Source: Chloroflexota bacterium (GTDB lineage Bacteria > Chloroflexota > Chloroflexia > QHBQ01). From it: 20,000 nt of DNA. The stretch covers positions 44,484-64,483 of the forward strand of contig JAYUUN010000048.1 in the NCBI GenBank assembly GCA_043754535.1, given 5' to 3'. A model generated the notes under the pieces. It worked only from the letters and a program-made list of their open reading frames with translations. It was not told the DNA's origin and made no database searches. Positions within the stretch are counted from its first letter, which is position 1, and every line of letters starts with the position of its first letter. Both the position numbers and the translations under genes were made by a program. Shown in pieces: positions 17,034-20,000 of this stretch.

Positions 17034-19523
17034 TCACTGCAAGGCTAGTGGCGCGGGGATATCCGTCTCGCAGAGCGGCTCCTGCTCGTGGGCAGCAGTC
17101 TCCTTGATCAGCCGTAGCTGGCGGCGGCGTAGCACTGTGTGGTTCTTCTCGTCTGTCGGGTCGCAGACAGCAATAGCGAACACCTCGTCTACCGACTCGA
17201 CCGGGATGATCTCCAGCCCGCGCTTGATCTCCGCTGGCAGGTCGTCCAGGTCTGGGCGGTTAGGGGCAGGGACGATCACCCGCTTGAGGCCCGCCCTGTG
17301 CGCCGCCAGCAGCTTCTCGCGCACGCCACCGATTGGCAATACCCGCCCCCGCAGGGTGATCTCGCCCGTCATCGCCAGGTCAGCGGGAACGGGTCGCCCA
17401 GTCAGCATACTGGCGATGGCGACAGCGATGGTGATACCTGCGCTCGGCCCATCCTTGGGGATCGCTCCAGCGGGTAGGTGCAGATGCAGGTCGCAGGTGT
17501 CGAAGAAGTTAGGGTCGATCTGCAACTGGGCCGCTTGCGCCCGCACGTAGCTGAGGGCCGCCTGTGCCGACTCCTTCATCACCTCACCAAGCTGGCCGGT
17601 GATGGTTAGCTGGCGGTGGCCGGGCATCTTGCTCGCCTCGATGTACACAATATCGCCACCGACCGATGTCCAGGCCAGGCCAATAGCAATGCCAGGCCGA
17701 TCCAGCATCTCCGCTGTATCAGTCAGGTAGCGCGGTTTGCCTAGCAGATCGACTAGCAGCTTCGCGCTTAGCTTGATCGTGCGCCCTCGCCCGCCCCCCT
17801 CGGCGATGCGCCGGGCCAGACGACGACAGACCGCCGCTATCTCGCGCTCAAGTTCGCGCACCCCAGCCTCGCGGGTGTAGTTGCGGATCAGCGTCCGCAA
17901 GACCGCCAGCGGCCAGTCAACCTCGTGCTGCTCAAGGGCGTGGGCGGCAAGTTGGCGCGGCACAAGGTAGCGGCTGGCGATCTGCACCTTCTCCATCTCG
18001 GTGTAACCACTGATCTCGATCACTTCAAGCCGATCACGCAAGGCCCCAGGCAGCGAGTCAAGCTGATTGGCGGTGGCGACAAAGAGGACGTGCGAAAGAT
18101 CGAACGGCACCTCCAGGTAGTTGTCGCGGAAGGTGGAGTTCTGGCTCTGATCCAGCACCTCCAGCAGAGCGGAGGCGGGGCTACCGCGCTGATCATCGGT
18201 CAGCTTGTCAATCTCGTCCAGCATCACCACCGGGTTGTTCACCCCAGCCCTGCTGATCGCCTGCACTAGCCGCCCAGGGAGTGCGCCCACGTAGGTGCGC
18301 CGGTGGCCGCGAATCTCAGCCTCGTCATGCACTCCTCCCAACGACAGGCGCACGAACTCACGCCCTAGGGCTGCCGCGATGCTCAGGCCCAGGCTGGTTT
18401 TGCCCACCCCTGGCGGCCCGACCAAACAGAGGATTGGCTCACAGCTCCGCACGGCATCGCCCGCGACTGGGGCAGGAACAGCGCGTTCGCGGCGCAGCTT
18501 GCGGACAGCCAGGTAATCAAGCAGGCGGCTCTTGACCTCGGCCAGGCCATAATGGTCGCGGTCGAGGATGGCAGCAGCGTAGGCCAGGTCAATCGCTGGC
18601 TCCTGCACCGACTGCCAGGGCAGGCCGAGTAGCCACTCAAGGTAGGTGTAAACAGCATTGTACTCTGGCGCACCGGGAGAAAGGCGGGCTAGCTGGGCCA
18701 GTTCGCGCGCTGCCTGCTGGCGTGCTTCGGGCGAGAGAGTTGCCGCCGTCACTCGCTGACGCATAGCAGCCAGTACGTCACCTTCTTCGCCAAGCGCACG
18801 CTGGATCAGGCGCAACTGTTCGCGCAGCATGGCTTCGCGGCCCTTCTGGTTGAGACTCTCCCGCGCCTGCCCGCGTATCTCCTCGCTCAGCCGCTGCGAC
18901 TCGGCTTCGCGCTCAAGCAGGGGTAGCAGGTAGGCCAGGCGGGTGTCGGGCGCGTCAGTCTCCAACACCTGCTGGCGTTCGCTGAGGCTAAGGGGGACGA
19001 TGCTGGCGACCAGGTAGGCAAGTACGCTGGGATCGTTGGTCTGGCCCGCCAGTTCGATGTTGTCACTGTCGGCTTCTGGCAGACTGGTGAGCAGTTCGAC
19101 GAAGCGGCGGCGTACTTCAGTAACGATAGCGCGGAGACTGGCGTTGCTTTCGTACTTTCCCTCGTGGAGCGGGGCCACTATCGCCCTGTCACCCTGCTCA
19201 GCCAGCATTCTTATGCGCCCCGCCCCTTGCAGCAGCAGGTGGAGGGCAGGGTTGCCCAGCTCATCCAGTTCCTCAAGCTGAGTGACAATCAGTGCGCTGC
19301 TGCCTACGGGCTGGGTGTTGCCTCGTGCGTCGGTAGGGAAGACGGCCAGCAACTCCTTCTCCTGCACTGCTCGTGCTACCACCGCCAACTCTGCTGCTTC
19401 ATTGACCAGCAGAGACTGCATGGTGGCGGGGTACAGCACCAACCCACGCAGGCGGATCAGGCCCAAGCCATCCGCCTGCTCCAACTGTATTTCGCTGCGC
19501 CGGTTTGTCTGCTTCTTTGTCAT
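17034..19523 (-). CDS. lon: ATP-dependent Lon protease
   Basis: LDRDHYGL, Walker A GPPGVGKT, RGHRRTYVGALPG, Walker B LDEIDK, PKDGPSAG (catalytic Ser) and IGGVREK (catalytic Lys). Start ATG 19523 or TTG 19529. Confidence 0.97.
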   Translation of the reverse strand: MTKKQTNRRSEIQLEQADGLGLIRLRGLVLYPATMQSLLVNEAAELAVVARAVQEKELLAVFPTDARGNTQPVGSSALIVTQLEELDELGNPALHLLLQGAGRIRMLAEQGDRAIVAPLHEGKYESNASLRAIVTEVRRRFVELLTSLPEADSDNIELAGQTNDPSVLAYLVASIVPLSLSERQQVLETDAPDTRLAYLLPLLEREAESQRLSEEIRGQARESLNQKGREAMLREQLRLIQRALGEEGDVLAAMRQRVTAATLSPEARQQAARELAQLARLSPGAPEYNAVYTYLEWLLGLPWQSVQEPAIDLAYAAAILDRDHYGLAEVKSRLLDYLAVRKLRRERAVPAPVAGDAVRSCEPILCLVGPPGVGKTSLGLSIAAALGREFVRLSLGGVHDEAEIRGHRRTYVGALPGRLVQAISRAGVNNPVVMLDEIDKLTDDQRGSPASALLEVLDQSQNSTFRDNYLEVPFDLSHVLFVATANQLDSLPGALRDRLEVIEISGYTEMEKVQIASRYLVPRQLAAHALEQHEVDWPLAVLRTLIRNYTREAGVRELEREIAAVCRRLARRIAEGGGRGRTIKLSAKLLVDLLGKPRYLTDTAEMLDRPGIAIGLAWTSVGGDIVYIEASKMPGHRQLTITGQLGEVMKESAQAALSYVRAQAAQLQIDPNFFDTCDLHLHLPAGAIPKDGPSAGITIAVAIASMLTGRPVPADLAMTGEITLRGRVLPIGGVREKLLAAHRAGLKRVIVPAPNRPDLDDLPAEIKRGLEIIPVESVDEVFAIAVCDPTDEKNHTVLRRRQLRLIKETAAHEQEPLCETDIPAPLALQ

Positions 19524-19570
19524 TGTCAACTTACCTGCCTTGCTTTACTTCACCCACCCGTACAAACTAT

Positions 19571-19586
19571 TGCAGAAAGTGTACCA
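19571..19586 (-). promoter_or_regulatory. Candidate sigma-54 (-24/-12) promoter for lon
   Basis: Minus strand TGGTACACTTTCTGCA = GG-N10-GC; predicted TSS near 19560, about 35-40 nt upstream of the lon start. Confidence 0.7.
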
Positions 19587-19671
19587 CCCAATCACAATTG
19601 CGCAATTACTATGCAGTATAGTTGGTCAGATAGTGAGCTAGCATCTTCCATGCCACCGCCGCCGCCAATAC

Positions 19672-19700
19672 TTGCTAATGTTGAGATGATATGCTAAAAT
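19672..19700 (+). promoter_or_regulatory. Sigma-70 promoter for rpoN
   Basis: TTGCTA (19672-19677), 17 nt, TAAAAT (19695-19700), with extended TG. Confidence 0.7.
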
Positions 19701-19792
19701 AGGGCTTGACGATCATCAGCTTTTGACCTACCCGCTGCCCCCTAAGCATGGTAGTAAGTACCGGGCGATTTGCCTAATTCAAACGGGGGAGA

Positions 19793-20000
19793 ATGATGAT
19801 GGACTTGATGATGGACATGGGTATGGGTCAGGAGATGAACACCTCGATGCGGGTATCTCCAACCTTGATTGCGGTAAACCAAATACTCGCCCTCTCCTCT
19901 ATGGAGTTGCAGACCTTGATCCAGGACGAAATTGAGCAGAACCCAGCCCTCGAACTGTCCGAAAAGGCGACTTGCACCGTCTGTGGCGATCCGATGCGAA
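19793..20000 (+). CDS. rpoN: RNA polymerase sigma-54 factor, 5' part, truncated by the window and absent from the ORF track
   Basis: Manual translation gives MMMDLMMDMGMGQEMNTSMRVSPTLIAVNQILALSSMELQTLIQDEIEQNPALELSEKATCTVCGDPMR, matching sigma-54 region I (P.L.....IL.L...EL...I..E...NP.LE). GGGGGAG RBS. Confidence 0.9.
   Translation, partial: MMMDLMMDMGMGQEMNTSMRVSPTLIAVNQILALSSMELQTLIQDEIEQNPALELSEKATCTVCGDPMR

Noticed and set aside
19723..19935. 70-aa ORF in the track
   Set aside because: It is an alternative frame over the real rpoN ORF starting at 19793.

Overview
GC-rich bacterial chromosomal window, probably Chloroflexota, judging by Cys-containing SLH modules, a USP-GpgS fusion and an RpoN with a CxxC insert (inference). 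The left half encodes cell-surface and redox functions: the end of a surface protein, two SLH-anchored secreted proteins (one an M14 carboxypeptidase), a peroxiredoxin-DsbA pair, a GT-C glycosyltransferase, an ABC exporter and three small membrane proteins. The right half is a regulatory cluster: an RpoD-family sigma factor, USP fused to a degenerate GpgS, a zinc-ribbon/pseudokinase/PP2C fusion, lon, and a divergent 5' part of rpoN that the ORF track missed. Two signals stand out. (1) By manual scan, the Leu codon TTA is absent in frame from the bodies of all 15 genes, yet two genes have an in-frame TTA exactly where they should end, about 13-15 nt before a terminator hairpin. This suggests UUA may act as a stop, stall or frameshift signal, although independent stop-loss or sequence error is not excluded. 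(2) Correctly spaced sigma-54 (-24/-12) motifs lie upstream of lon and of the sigma-70 gene next to rpoN, suggesting a sigma-54 to sigma-70/Lon cascade.
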